From Mytilus californianus (taxonomy: Eukaryota), in NCBI RefSeq assembly GCF_021869535.1, contig NW_026262679.1:55180001-55244000 (forward strand): 64,000 nt of DNA, written 5' to 3'. The notes under the pieces are model-generated. The model did no database searches, was not told where the DNA came from, and saw only the letters and a program-made list of their open reading frames with translations. Positions 49,726-64,000 of this stretch are shown here, piece after piece. A program made the translations under genes and the position numbers. Every line of letters starts with the position of its first letter. Within the stretch, counting starts at the first letter, position 1.

Positions 49726-52700
49726 GTATTTATTTTTTATATATTATGTAAGTATTCTAGCAGAAAAAATAGACTTAACATCCTAAAACTGCCCCAAATT
49801 TACAACCCCTAAAATGTTAAGTTTTAACATGCCAAAATCTTGTTACATGAACATCTCCAGTGGCGTGGCATATTTCAAACATTAAAACCTCAGCGAAAGT
49901 CAATGGGAAACATTTCAGTGTACGTGGTAGGTCGATATTGTATCACTTAAATTCAATAAATATGTTCTATTAATCCAACACTTTCCCCGAAAAATGCAAA
50001 ATGCTACTAAACTGGCGATACAATATCGCATAACGGTACGTTAACGTGGCTGTGTCCATGGACCATAACGAGGTTTGAAAAGAGAAATCAAATACTTTCT
50101 GCAATTCTGAAAAGGTTAACTATGCTCATTTGTTTTCAATTACAAACATATAAAGGTAATGCTTGAAATGTTTGCCATACATTGAGGAATTAACAGTTTT
50201 TGCTAGTATATAGTGATATCACATTCGAGATAATATTTCATTTATTTTTGGAAGACAAATTGCATCTTCTTAACGGCTTCGTATTTTAACTATCAAAGTT
50301 GCAGCTATAGTTTTCTATGAATTATGCAAAAAGGTTAACTTCGTATGAGACTGATTAAATTATTAGAATTGAAATTTTTTTTCAATATGTTGAATTTCAA
50401 AACAGCTAAGACCTACGTTTTAAATAGATAGCTACAATGATGTAACTGGACAGATTGTAATTAGTTTTCTAACACAACGCTTTTGTCCAATTACAGTCTG
50501 CTGGGGACCTTTCAGTCATAATGTTGATAACCACACACCACCATTCATCAAATAAAAGTGTTCCACATAAATTTAAAAGAATTTGTTTCCATCCTTATTT
50601 TATATAATTACATCGAACAGTTGAATGAAGTTCTGCAACTCATTTTACCAAATAATATTCGTACGCTAGGAACCTTTAACGATAGTTTCCTCGCTCTGAA
50701 CTGATTTTTCATTGCATGGACCATGCAGTCATATAGAAGACTCAATGTTTGTGTTGATATATTTATATTTGGTTCCTTGGTCCGTATGCATAAAATATTT
50801 CTTACACTAAGATTTCAGGATTTAATTAGTTAAGAGATATTCATATGTCGAATGCATACACTTACTTTGACATTAACTAAAGAAATCTAAAGTGTGTCTG
50901 TCATTGGAACTTATCTCTGTGTACGCGACACATTTAGCATGTGAAGTCATCCATGCAAAATGTTGTTTTGATTACATTGACTGAATGATGACTGTTTATA
51001 TTACGAGCTGGAGTTACTAGTATATTCAATGTAGGATGTTTTTACGCATAACAGAAAGGTTGTTCTGATCAAAGAAGGATTACAATATACACGTTTAGAG
51101 ATATTTAGAGAAACTGAAAATTTAGAAACTGACAAATTCAAAAATCGCTAGAAAATCCAATAAAAAAATTCAGTGGTGAACTTTGCACATCAATTACTTG
51201 AAAGAGTCAAGTTTTGTTTTCATGTTGCAATATCTTGTATTATCTTTTATATTTCGTACTATAATACCAGCAAACAAATTTTGCATCAAAAGATACTTAT
51301 AGAGCATACTTCGAATTATATTCAGGTATGTGTGTTTATAAACCTTTTGTGACCCCCATGCAGATTCTTATTTGTCGAATGTAAATACAACCCTATTTGT
51401 TGGTGGATATTTTCTATAATGAAACCAGCCTATGAATTGCCGTGTCTTAGTTGTTCTACAAAAAAACATCATGAGCTTGTATTAAGAGCGTTAATGTTAT
51501 TCTTGTTTAGAAAGGTTTAGGTTGACCATTTTAAACACTGATAAAACTAACCCAAAAAAATGAATGTTTTGCCGTTACCGATAAAACTAACAAAAGAAAT
51601 AAATGTTTGACGTTAAGGAACTCGTTTTGAAGTTATAAGGTATATCTAAATCCTGAAATCTTTGCGTGTGAATATTTGTATTCTTATCTTAAATTATTGA
51701 ATAGAATTATCATTTGACTAGTAAATTGCTATCTGTCTATAATATAATAATGTAGTACAGATTTGAACATCATTTTCTGTCAAAGTCATTATACGAATAT
51801 ACATTCACCTTTATATCATTTGCTTTGACAACAATACTTGGAATGTTTATCTTTGTTGAACACTGAAATAATTAAATTAATTATTCTAATAATGTATTTG
51901 TACCAAAGTCCTTTTTTTTTTTTTTTATCTCAAAATCATTCATAATAGTTATTCCCTCTAACGTTGACAACATTTTTAGTAATATTATAAAAGAATTATT
52001 ATAAACTACATGTAAGCATTATTATTGAATTCAACATACAGGGTTGTTTTTCAGCTTTATTAACATTCAAATTTTGATAACAGTTAAGATCACATAAATT
52101 GCTTTTGTATGAATGTATAGATGTGTGACAGTAAACTTTTGGTGTCAATCATAGTTTCACGGTTCATATTTACAGTTTTTGGTTTGAGTGGCTTTACCAA
52201 CGGAAGTCTAATTACAAACTCATTCACATATCCTTATTTAAAGCTGATTTTCGAAAGAACTCATTATATAAGATATGATCCATAGAAATTAATGTGTCCT
52301 GTGAATACATCGTTTTTTAAATGTTATAGATTTAACAGGGTACATTTTGTAATTTCGTTGAATATTGTATTTGATCTGTATCTACACTGTAATTACACTG
52401 TTTGTATTGTCAATATACATAACTAAACAAATATAATATTTATATCCAGTTATTGACATTTATGATCCTGCACCCTGTCGATACTTACATTTTAATCAAC
52501 AAGAATTTAAATGAGATCTAATCAGAATTAGATTTTTAGGACGCCGAGTTTACCGTTAATTGAATTGGCCAAAAACTATTTTAAAAATTAGTATCTTTTA
52601 TTGATAAATTTACCCTTATAGGTAATAATTAGATTCTACATACAAGCGTGTCTTTAAAATATAAGAAATCGACTATCGGCTTTATGAAAGGCGTAAGTGA

Positions 52701-53619
52701 GGAAATTTCCCAGTAGTTATCTTATGTCATATTTTAAGCACTAAGTCTTTGTGCAATGGTAGCTTGCCATACTATAAAACACTTCTCTACTATTGAATAC
52801 TGCATTCTTGCTGCCTTCTAGATTGTCTTCTGGTTATTTTTTGTCGTTTCTGTGACTCATACCCCGTCTTATTTTATTTCATCTTCTGAGTTGCAAAATT
52901 AAAAACAAATACATAATAAATCAATCACAAACAATATTTCCACTATCAATTCAAGAACTAAGATATTGATTTATATTTTTTTTTATTTACAATCATTTGA
53001 TGTTCAAATCAAATTCTTTATTCTATAAATAGACAGTAAAATTAAAAAGATATATTATTCGTAATTACAAAATATTCTTATAAATAAAAAATAAATCTTA
53101 AGAATGGGAAATATCCAACAGACCTTAATAACAATAACTGATGTGATTCAATAAGAAAAACTCCTAAGTTTGTCTGAATAAGTTCAAACATTGTTGATGT
53201 TGGATAATAAAATATTACCAGTTACGTATTAACTGTTGTCATTAGATGGCTTGATAAAATGATTAATATTTTTATACATATTATTTGTTTATCCTTGCAA
53301 GCAAATCATCTTTGTTTACACTATTGTATCCTTGGTTTGTGGCTTAAGACTGTAATTACATCCTTCGCAGTTTTGAAAATGTCATTAATATAAGTCTAAG
53401 ACTCGAATATTTACAATGTATTATTGATTAAGTATGTGTTTCCTTGACAAATATTTGTATTTCAAAAATAGTAAATGTTACTTGCGCTATGACTAAAATA
53501 AATGTTGACTAGAGAAAGCAGTTTTATTATAAAAAAAAAATGAATTCAGCAGATTTTTAAGGTTAAAAACACGGTCTTAAAAACATAGAAAATGGAAGTA
53601 GAACATATCCATCAGAAAC

Positions 53620-53830
53620 CTTGAGCAGAAAAAAAAACTCAAAAAAAACCATGGACAAACAAAACAAAAATGAAAAAACAAATAACATTCATGAACACAC
53701 TACACAGAAAACTAAAGATTGAGTAAAACAAACCTATAAAAGAGAGATGAGCCCTATGTGTTCCGGAAGTTTAAGCAGCTCCTGTTTCATTTATGACATC
53801 CGTCGTGATTCCAATTGCACGTCAAAATTA
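53620..53830 (-). mobile_element. Family A 3'-end fragment
   Basis: tgttccggaagtttaagcagctcctg motif. Confidence 0.55.
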
Positions 53831-55089
53831 GGTGATACTTCGCATTCGTTGATGTAACAATCGGGATCAACCACGATAAATTCAGTATGTTCAGAAAATT
53901 TAGTATGTGTACAGGTAAATAAAAACTACTTTACAGTCTGAACATAGACTGAACATATCTTTTAAAATTAAAATTGGCTGCAAGTGAATTGTCAAAACAA
54001 TACTGAATTAATCACCAAAGGGCATAAGTCATAAAATTGACCGAATCGACTAAAATGACTTAATAATTTATTGTTCAAGGGTTTAATAGCAGATCAAAAT
54101 GATCGTTTCATATCAAAATTTGCTTACAAGTGATAGAACTCAAACTGATATGATAAGTTTTTATGCATCGTAAATATATTCACATCATATTTAATTCTGT
54201 ACAAAAATCTTGTTTGCTGAAAACAACAACAAGGCAGCATATCTCCTCGACCGTGTTACATGTACGTAAAAAGTACTTATTTAGAATTGAAAACTGTGAT
54301 AATTAATTTGTTATCATTACCAGTAGATTACTAATATTCCCCCATTATTCTGAAAACTAGGCTGCTGATACCTCTTACATTGTTTTATTTATTTCGAGGG
54401 TTAGACAAAAATTTCGACGTCATGCCATATAAATGTAAAATATGAGCTTTGGTGTAAGTATGAACCTTCATCTTAAATACTTTAATCTGTTTAACTATAT
54501 ATTGGATAAATCGTAAACATAATGTTTCTTTTTTCTGTCCTTGGTCAAAACACTGAAACCTTGTGTATATTTTAAGTTTTTTTCCCAGTGATTCAAGACC
54601 TAAACAGTTCAAAGATTTCACAAATGTATACCCTTGTTGTTATGATCCTGTTTTAAATTGTGTAAGAGGGAATTTAAAACAATTGATTTTTAGCTTTTCG
54701 TGCCCCGTTTGCACTGCGCTTTCGAAGATCATGCTTCTTTGTGTAGCATGAAATCTCCGATACTGCTGGTCAAGTTTGCATGTACATGTTTAATGTGATT
54801 GGTTCTTCAAGTCTTACCTTCTATCTTTTAATCGTGGAGAAGATTTCACAGATTTACTATTATCAAGAATTAGATTTTCGCCCACATTCCGATTTTGAAA
54901 CAAGTATTAAAACTCCGAAACCCATAACCCTATGTACTTTTAGTGTTAAAATTGTGCTATTTCAAGATTGATCCATTTGTCAAATGTTGTGTTTGCAGAT
55001 GATGTAGAAAATCTGAATCAACTGTCGCTTCTCAATTAATATTAAACAAAAACATTTCAAAGCATCCACTAGTATTTTTTTACTTATTC

Positions 55090-55290
55090 ATATCAAGCAT
55101 CTGCTTACCCTTCCTGAGCACTAGAGATCTCCTCCGGTGTCCTTTATGTTTCTTATTGCTCAGGCTTTGGTTATTTATGATGTGTTTGGATACAATTGTT
55201 TTTCCTTTGGTCGTTTTTCGTTTTTGCCATGTCATTGTCAATTTGTTTCCGACTTATGATTTTGAATATCCCTTTGAAATGTTTCGCGTC
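55090..55290 (+). mobile_element. Family A 3'-end fragment
   Basis: ctgcttacccttcctgagcactagagatc ... gacttatgattttgaatatccc. Confidence 0.65.
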
Positions 55291-56219
55291 AGAATTAACT
55301 AAAGAGCCTTATAACGGAATAACTAATTTCGTTTACTTAGAACCACTTGGGAGATGTTACGACTAAAGCTGATATATTTAATCAGTTTATGATAAGCTGT
55401 CTGATGCATCACACTGTGTTTCAAGTAGTCATTAAGTTTATGTAATTTTTTCTCTTAATACAATACGTACTGTAATTACATTATAAATGTTTTTTTTCAA
55501 GTTTGATTTAGTTTTTTAACTTTGTTTACAATTTCAAATTAAATTTCATGAAGGCAAAAAACAAATCGTGTAATTTGCAATAAATTATCATGTCCAACAG
55601 TTCTTAACGGATGCATGTTAATACCGTGAACATGCATGGAATATCTCTAAAAGTACAAAAGATATCAAACATCATGAACAAGAATGTAGTATTAAATGTA
55701 ATATTTTTTTCTTTTTTCTTTTTATTGGTTCTTTTCGATGATGTGGTTTGAATGTAAAATTAAACAGATAAAACATCAAACATAAAAAGATTCAGGAAAT
55801 AATAGTTATTGTACGATTTATTAGTGCTTTATGATAGCAAACATACGGTATACAATATTCCCACTTCACCGACCTGTTACTTATAACTTGTACACGTAAT
55901 TTAATGATAGTATGGCAGATGAGCTTGCAAAAATTTGAGTGCAGATTGCAATGTATACCAGGAATTGAATTTCTTGAAACGTTGTTTACTAGTATTTAGG
56001 ATAATGGACTGATGGTAGCAGTCAAGCGAGAAATATGACATATTTATCCCGCTGTTTACTAAATAACAGTTTAGCAATAAGCTTTGCATTCAGTGACTGC
56101 GTACTCTTTAATCAGAATCTAGAGGTTTGGTTTCTTTTTGATATGGTTTTTAAATGCTAAGTGTCGATTTTATTAGTCAAGCCTTTTCCAATTTTCTCTT
56201 ACATGTTGTGCTCTTTACC

Positions 56220-56570
56220 AATGACAAAGCTAAAGGTTAGGGACTAGTTGAGCGCTTACAAACATGTTAAACCTCTGTCTTATGTGCTTTTTGCAAGTCA
56301 GAGGCATGTAATGCAGTGGTTTTCGTCGGTTGCTATCGGCCATATTTGTTTCTACATATTTTATTAATTTTAGCTTTAATTTGGTCGTTGATTTTCCTTT
56401 TCGTTTAACATTTTGTCATGCCGGTGCATTTTATAGCTTACTATACGGTATACGTTTTGTTTATTGTTAAAGGTTGTATATTGCCCTAAAGTTGTTTACA
56501 TTCTCCTTCTTTCGGTATTGAGTGGATTGTTGACCCACTAGCAATCACACCGCATATCCTTATTTATCTT
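56220..56570 (+). mobile_element. Tail-family repeat
   Basis: ttgagcgcttacaaacatgttaaacc ... tagcaatcacaccgcatatcc. Confidence 0.6.
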
Positions 56571-57139
56571 GAGTGTGATTTTCCAAAAACTAATACACAA
56601 CATTTGTTTCCCTGCCCAGACACATTATATTTTTCCGGATAGGAGCCTACATAATCAGCCTATGTCCTTTCGCCTGTGTGTCTAGTGGAGAAGTAGAAAA
56701 TGTGTTTATTTCATGTCTTTTGTGTTATCGGAACGAAGCACTAAGAGACCTCTACGTTGCATACTATAACAATGATTCCAAATTGTTCGGGTTTTATAGA
56801 ACTCTCCTTTTTTTAATTTACCTTGGAGTTCGGTATTTTTGTTGGATTGTTTTTTCTTTAATTTATTTCGGCAGTTTGTAGATAAAATTCAGTCACTTCG
56901 AAAAATTTTATTTCTGTTTGTACAAATTTATATTTAAAATTCTGACATGTCGTTCAATCATTTTGGAGTCAAGAATTGCAATTCCTGGCTGTTATTATTT
57001 TTTACAAAATTAATTTTACATCTCTATACGTGAATTAAACATAAAGTGCAAGTATTATCATTATATGCATGTTATCATTTACTTTTGACGTAGGAATATA
57101 AAAAAAGAAGCAGCGGACAGACGTCAACAATGTTGATAT

Positions 57140-57560
57140 CAATGATATGATATAAGACAACTGTTTAACCGAGTAAAATTGGAGTGAATGTAAGCAACTA
57201 TAGGTCCCCGTACGGCCTTCAGCAATGATAAAACCCATACCGTATAGGTAGCTATAAAGGGCCTCGACATGACAAAGGGTGAAACAATTCAACAAAAAAC
57301 CAAAGGCCTGGTTTATGACAAAACAATAAACGGAAATAGCATATGACAGACAGTAACCAACGACACCACTGAATAACAAGCTCCTTACTTTGGACAGGAA
57401 CATATAGAATGTGGCGTGGGTTAACATGTTTGTGAGCCTTCAACCCTTCCTTAACCGGTGACAGGGATGTAACAGCACAACATAAGAACGAACTGTAAAC
57501 ATCAGTTTGAATTGGCCCAATTCATCAGTTCGGAACGAAGAATAAAAAAAAAAAACTAAC
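57140..57560 (-). mobile_element. Tail-family repeat, longer copy
   Basis: gtacggccttcagcaatga, gctataaagggcctcgac and ttaacatgtttgtgagcc blocks. Confidence 0.65.
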
Positions 57561-60037
57561 AGAAAAGATAAAAGACAGAAATTGCCGATGTTAGAGTATT
57601 CGAAGTGCCTTAAAGCTATTTCAAGCCGAAAGCGTCTACTCTCCACGACTGAAGACCTAGTTACAACGTACAACTGCAAGATCTCAAAGGCAAATACTTT
57701 AACCGAAGTAAGCCATTTTACTGAATAATTTGTTTTTAACATTGTACCCTAAATTTATTTATTTGGTTTACTTTCGTTTAATCTGAAATATATTCTTAAA
57801 AAGCGTTTTCTCATCATTATTAGTATTTACAAACTGTATTGTAAGTGGGAGCTTTTGTGCAGTAAAAGAGATATTTGATTAATGAATTATTTCCTTTTAC
57901 AATGATTATGACTTTTACCTTATGTAACTCGACTATGCAGGCGTCGGTAAAATAGTTATGGAACATAATTAGTTCAAACTACGTCATTAAAGAAAAGGTC
58001 AGTTAGTTGTCACATAAGTGTCAATCACGACATTGATATGAGTATTAAAATATACCTGTATTATATAATGGTTCTTGTGTACGTAATTATTTCTGCCACA
58101 CCCGATCATGTCAAATTATTGAAGAAATTTCTATTGTTATGCACTTCACTTGTTTGGATAGTAGTTATAAGGAATGGTTCTCATTTTGGTCAGACTTGTA
58201 CGCATTAAATTTTATGACTGTTGTAAAACACAGAAAAAAATAACCGTAAGGTTAATGCAAAATAGGAAAATACGAACAACAGAACAATGTACAAATGAAA
58301 GAATAGTAAAACAGACATATGTGTATGCATACACAAGAAAAGAACAATACAATTGGAGAACACTGTAAATTTAAGCCTTCGGAAAAACAAGTTTCCGCCT
58401 TAGCTGCAAGTAAAACCAAGGTTCTATGAAAGACAGTATATTGCATTGATTCATGTTCGTGAGCAAAGATGGCAATGGACTAAAATCGGTAAAAGAACGT
58501 GAGACAAATTTCAAATCGGTCATCAGTCATTTTATGCAGACTCATCAGATAAAATACATCCAGTTCCTGCTATCTTTAAATCTAAATCACGACTTACATA
58601 ATCACTTTAATAATGTTCAGATTATCTGTAAAGTGTTGAACATTATTCCTCAGAGGTGTGCAAATGGTATAACATTATCTTCAGGGGTTAAAAAGACGTT
58701 TTAATTAATTTACCAGAAACGGTTACTATACATTTTCCTAACAAAAACATTTGTTGGATACGAAAGAAAAAATCATTCAGTGGAATTGTTAAGCATTTTG
58801 GGAAAGTTATGTAAAATGCGCTTATTATTTCAATAATGTCCGTCATTTTTATGAATTTCCTGATAATCATAAACCATCTCAAAATCAACAAGATAGACAT
58901 GGGATATTTTGTTCATACATTCGCATAAAAATGAATTATTTGTACTACGGAAATAAAAAAAAAGTTAACGGCTCGGCTTAAATAAAAGACAAGCTTTTTT
59001 CTATTTCAGTATCACACCATGATGTTCGTATACAATATAAAATATTATGTGTGTTAATCTGAAAAGTGAAACAACATAAATTATCATGAATTTCAATTAG
59101 TAAGGGACCGCTAGTCAAAGACAGGAAGTTCATATGCTCTTAAACGTGTATTCCAACCTGCAATTGCAAAGGCATATGCAGTGATAAGTACCAAAAGTAC
59201 TTTGACAGACATCCTTTCTCGGCTTTTCGCAGGTGTTATGTACAGGATAAACTATTTTCAATTAATGAAGCACGTTGAAATCTATGATCTTTATGTAAAT
59301 TTTGCTAAATAGAAACAACTTATTCCTGCATTGATTTTAACTGATTGTCAACTAACGTGAAAAGTTTGTTTAAGAGAATTAAAATGTCAATTGCATGAAA
59401 AAGATTAGCACAGATAACTACCACCTAAAACTAAAACATCTATTGTTTCGTAATACATGGTTTCTCATTTTAAGTTGGTAAAAAAATGAGAAGGTTTCAA
59501 TATTTTACTAATATAAGCGCGGTTCATAAGCAGCAGAAAATATCTTTCTTACCATGAAAATATATATTTCCTCTTTTTATTGGTGCTATTTCGGAGAGGA
59601 AGGCTTTCACAGTCGAACAGTGCCACTATTTCAAAACACAAAATATATTTAAAACTTAAGTAAGGTGTTTAACCTTTCTCTTAGATAGGTAATCAATGAC
59701 AGCTATTTGAGAAACATACAAATAAATTTCAAAAGATCTAAACTTCAAAGTCAAGTTCTGTTGTTATAAAATTTATAGAAATTTGAACGTACAAGATCGC
59801 AGACACATGATTTTTGTTAGTGGAGGGCAAAAATTAAGTATTACTAGTATAAATATTCAGTTAGCTCAAAACGTTATTCGCAAAATTCCAGATACTTCAT
59901 TTCCCCGAGCCCCCTATATACATTTCAGATTAGTCTTCCGTATAAAAGTCAGGAAGCCAAGTCAAAAAAAAAAAAAAAAACACAAACCTTATAAGCCAAT
60001 TGCACAATAGCACTCTGTGAATAGAAAAATCGGTTAA

Positions 60038-60310
60038 GGTGGTACCAAACTCCTTGACTAAAATTAATTTGGCTCGTTTAATTTTCATAAAAAATTGACA
60101 AAATATTTACCTTGACCCTTTGATAAAAAAATGAAAATTTCAAAAAACTTGAACCACAATTTTTATCGGAAAATTTTCATAGGATATATAGCAGTTTGAC
60201 AAACATTAATTTTGAATTGAGAAGCTTAATAATTTCCTTAACAATATAACGTGATGAAAACGTTCAGCTGATTTTTGCAGAGTTATCTCCCAGTTGTGTT
60301 TTGTACCACC
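60038..60310. mobile_element. Kolobok-like MITE (273 bp)
   Basis: ttaa|GGTGGTAC ... GTACCACC|tcaa: RR-starting TIR with TTAA-type TSD (right copy has one change). Confidence 0.7.
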
Positions 60311-61633
60311 TCAAAACCTCATATTATCTTGTGTATAGTTTTCTTGTACCAAATAGTCCTGAAATTAATTCAAATAGCAACATTAACAATGATGAATTGT
60401 TTGTGTTTATATGAAAGCCTGATTTAATTCTCTTCTCAATTGCTCGATACAGATTATATAATCTACTGTTGCAGAAAAGTCAGGATATTTTCAGAGCATA
60501 TTTCTAAAAACACATTGTTTTCTAACTAATAAATTGTTAACTAGACGATCAATGAACGATGTGCAACTCCAATATTATCAATTAACAGATTTTTTTTTTT
60601 TTATTTTCTTAGAAAACTCTCTACAAGAACAATACTATTTCGTTCATCTTAGGCCAGATAAATGATTTGTCATTACATTGCTTTGGATTGTTTTTTACTT
60701 GCGTGATATGATATACTAGGTCAATGAGTCTGCTGGTTGAGTACATGCCCCTGAAGAAAGAACAGCCATAGTTTTCCGTTTTGATCTGGCGTGATATTAC
60801 TATTATTTTTATACTTGTTAAATTTTCAGTCGGCAAAGTTTTTATACATTTATTCAAATCTAAGGTTAACATGGGTTAACATTTTGCTTTTGATTGACTG
60901 ATGTTCCTTAAAGGAATTTTTTTATCATCCTTTATGGTCTTGTATTTATTTGTTTGCCCCTCAATATTTTATAAATTTTATAAATTTGGGTTTCTGTTTT
61001 GTTCCTTAAAAGCAAAAAGGGTGCTTTACATTACCTTATATCTTGTAAGTAGTACTTTTACGCACATCTGGTAAGTACTCGTTACTATATCATATAAGCC
61101 CCTCGCTTATGACTTTTAATAGACGAACCGATACATAGCATTTATTTTAATAACTGAACGAGAAATCCTATATAGATTATCGGCTTTTTTTTAGAAACTG
61201 TGCCTATAGGGTATATTTCATCATTGTTCAATACAACACTGGCTATCACTTTTCACGTACACCTGGTTAATGTCTGTGCCCTCCAGACAATGAACGTATA
61301 ATTATATGGTTACATTGAACAACAAAATCACAGAAACATTATGCGAAAGAGAATTTAGGTGTTTATATGAAAAATAAAAAAAAAACAGGATCAGATCAAG
61401 AAAATCTACGACTATATCTATACTAAGAAAAATATCATTTTAAAAGGGTATTAATTGTATTAACATTACAATCACAGGGTGCTTCACATAACATAGAACT
61501 GCTATCATTTGATATACATTTGAAAGACAGTATCCTTGTAATTGTATTAAAACCCTAATCGCAACCATCCAAAATTTACAGAGAAGACACTCTTTGTCTT
61601 AATTTAACACTAATAGTTTGAGAACCATGATAA

Positions 61634-61912
61634 CGTCTTTACCGAATGTGACCTACCGATTATACTTATTACCAGGTTTGTACTTATATGAGCAACACAA
61701 CGGCTTCCACATGTGGTGCAGGATCCGCTTACCCTTCCGGAGCATCTAAGGACACCCCCAGTTTTTGGTGGGGTTCGTGTTGCTCAATCTTTAGTTTTCT
61801 ATGTTGTGTTTTGTGTACCGCTGTTTGTCTTTTTCTTTTTAGCCATGGCATTGTCAGTTTATTTTCGACTTATGAGTTTGAGTTTCTCTTTGGTATCTTT
61901 CGCCTCTCTTTT
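61634..61912 (+). mobile_element. Family A 3' UTR copy, well preserved
   Basis: cgaatgtgacctaccga at the start also follows the RT stop at 17020-17040. Confidence 0.8.
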
Positions 61913-62369
61913 ACAATATAAAGGATGTCACCGTATCAGAGCCTTTATAGCAAACACTATTACGCATTTAAAAGCAGACAGCAGTCTAAATACTTAAACA
62001 TAGTAATACTTATTTATTCTAATGAAAGTTTACGTGTCAGAAAATGAAAGTATCATATTGATTGTAAATAAAGACAATACACGAACGGTTATGTTGGATG
62101 GTTCGTGTTGCCCGGTGTTTTGTTTTTTTGTAATGTTGTGTAGACTTTTTAAAAATATTTTTCGGTTTTTCTCCGACTGAGGTGTTTTGATTCTCTCTTT
62201 GGTATGTTCCGGCTCTTTTTTTTTATAAATTAGCCAATCATAAGCCAGAGATCTTTGGTGACTTTTTATAAATTTGTAGAAAAATATCGAATTATCAATT
62301 AATCAAGGATTCGGCATTGTTCTAATACAAATATTAATAAACTAAGATTGTCTTCCTTTAATATAAAAA

Positions 62370-62560
62370 AAAGGAGATGTGGTATGAATGCCAAACAGAC
62401 GACTATCCACCAAAATTCAAATGGAGTGGATGTAAGCAATTATTGGAAACCGTACGGCCTTCAACAATGAGAAAAAAAACCCACACCATATAGTCGGCTA
62501 TAAAAGGCCCCGACATGAAAAATATGAAACAATTCATTCAATTGAGAAAACTAATTAAAG
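62370..62560 (-). mobile_element. Tail-family repeat
   Basis: ggagatgtggtatgaatgcc end; gtacggccttcaacaatgag; gctataaaaggccccgac. Confidence 0.7.
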
Positions 62561-64000
62561 TTTGTTAGATACACTAAATATAGGAGAGAAAATACGGGAA
62601 AAGTACCAAAAAAAATCAGGAAATCACGATTTTATGTAAATGTATAAGGGCAGGAAGGGAAAGTATATCCCGTTCGTTTGCTTCACTTATTTTGAGATGT
62701 TGAAATATATGATTATTACTCTATTGAAACTTTTTTTCGTACCCTTCTAACTGTAAAGGCAGTTTAATATTTATTAGATGTTATTTTCATTTACTGTAAT
62801 TATAAAAACCGTTTATTAGAGCTCGCCTACTCAATCCATCTGTAGGCAGTTGAAATATATCATATATGACACATACATGTAGCAAATTGTAAAGAGAAAT
62901 CGAAAAAGAAACCGCGCTTATACACATCGCAAATGCCATATGCATTAGACTCTTACAGTAACCTTTGTGTAAAAGTATAATTGAGATACAGTCGGTGTTT
63001 TAGGAACAATAGTACATGTAAAAGGCCTATTTCATTTTGTAAATCTTGTAATGCCAATGTTTTGCTATTGAACTCCCTATAAACAAATGGGAATATCCTT
63101 ATTTAGGCAATTGACATACTACACGAAGATGTCTAAAATATATGTTGACTTTCCTGAAGTCTGAAAAATGTATATTTTAGGTTAAGGTGAAGGTTCTTTA
63201 TATCAATTTCAAATACAATAAGTCAATTTATATAATTTCGAAGAGTGAAAGATAATTATATACTTATCATGCTTATACTAGGATTTATTTTTTGCAATTT
63301 TGATGTCAAGATTATGTTGTCAATATGTCCATAAAGCAAATTGGTACATGATCTTCATCTCTAATGTGCCTACAATTTCAGAAATAGGAACATAAGAATA
63401 AACTAGAAATATATATTTTGTTGCATATTAATCTGAGAAATGTCAAATATCTCAAAAAAAGACATAAAGATTGTTTCCCGTCAACAATTTTAACTTTTCG
63501 TATGTTAGAAACAAACAGAAACCAGAAATGTTTAATACATGTAGCTGATTAATGCCATTCTGTGTCATTTTTTAGGAAATGTCTAAGACATATTTAATGC
63601 AAACGTAATCTTGAGAGAAATGACTACGTTATAACACTTATAGGATCATCACATTTGACGGAAACTCTGTTTCTAATGAAAGCAATAGGATTATCTTTGA
63701 GAGTGCCAGCCCGTTGACAGTTGTGACGAAAAGAAAACAACTACACAAGCTAAAACTAAATAAACACATTTCAGAAAAAAACATGAACCATTATATATAA
63801 CTCGTTATCTACAAATTACCAGACGCCGTGTCTTTCTTGATAAATTGTACAACAAACCAGTACATGTATGCATGCCATAAGAGGCGAAAAAAAAAGCTTC
63901 GTCAAATGATTTTAAAACTGCCACTTTAAGTCAAACCAAATTAAGGTTTAAATAAATCAATTTCAAAAATTTTAATCTCAAATTCAACTTATGACTTAAA

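Noticed and set aside
57480-57535. Minus-strand ctgatgaatt..aat motif (related text at ~40225)
   Set aside because: Followed by tcaa rather than gaaa; part of the tail-family repeat.
58505-58555. Minus-strand ctgatgagtc..gac motif as a hammerhead
   Set aside because: No GAAA after stem II.
1-64000. CRISPR arrays, operons, rRNA or prokaryotic regulatory features
   Set aside because: The sequence is intron-containing eukaryotic DNA; no repeat-spacer array or rRNA similarity seen.

Overview
AT-rich eukaryotic genomic DNA, probably a bivalve such as Mytilus (inferred from the repeat families and the receptor sequence, not verified). The only clear host gene is the first coding exon of a GnRH/corazonin-type GPCR (698-1228, minus strand, phase-0 GT donor after SIPQ); the rest of that gene lies left of the window. 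The other ~63 kb is 5' intron or intergenic DNA dense with repeats. These include at least six relics of Penelope-like reverse transcriptases that end without a C-terminal endonuclease (Naiad-like) and many short copies of their 3' ends. There are also three tRNA-derived SINE families, MITEs, a decayed THAP domain and several old local duplications. The main signal not shown by the ORF track is a set of about eleven minimal type I hammerhead-ribozyme motifs in three sequence families, three with an intact catalytic core (15541-15584 -, 21895-21938 +, 23350-23393 -). The 21895 motif lies in a near-identical 538-bp tandem repeat that starts almost exactly at the predicted cleavage site and ends in (TA)n, as expected for a retrozyme-like insertion. 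Also present are a perfect 96-bp palindrome (39214-39309) and an 89-bp inverted templated insertion inside a 64-bp tandem array. Repeat boundaries were read by eye and are approximate unless stated.
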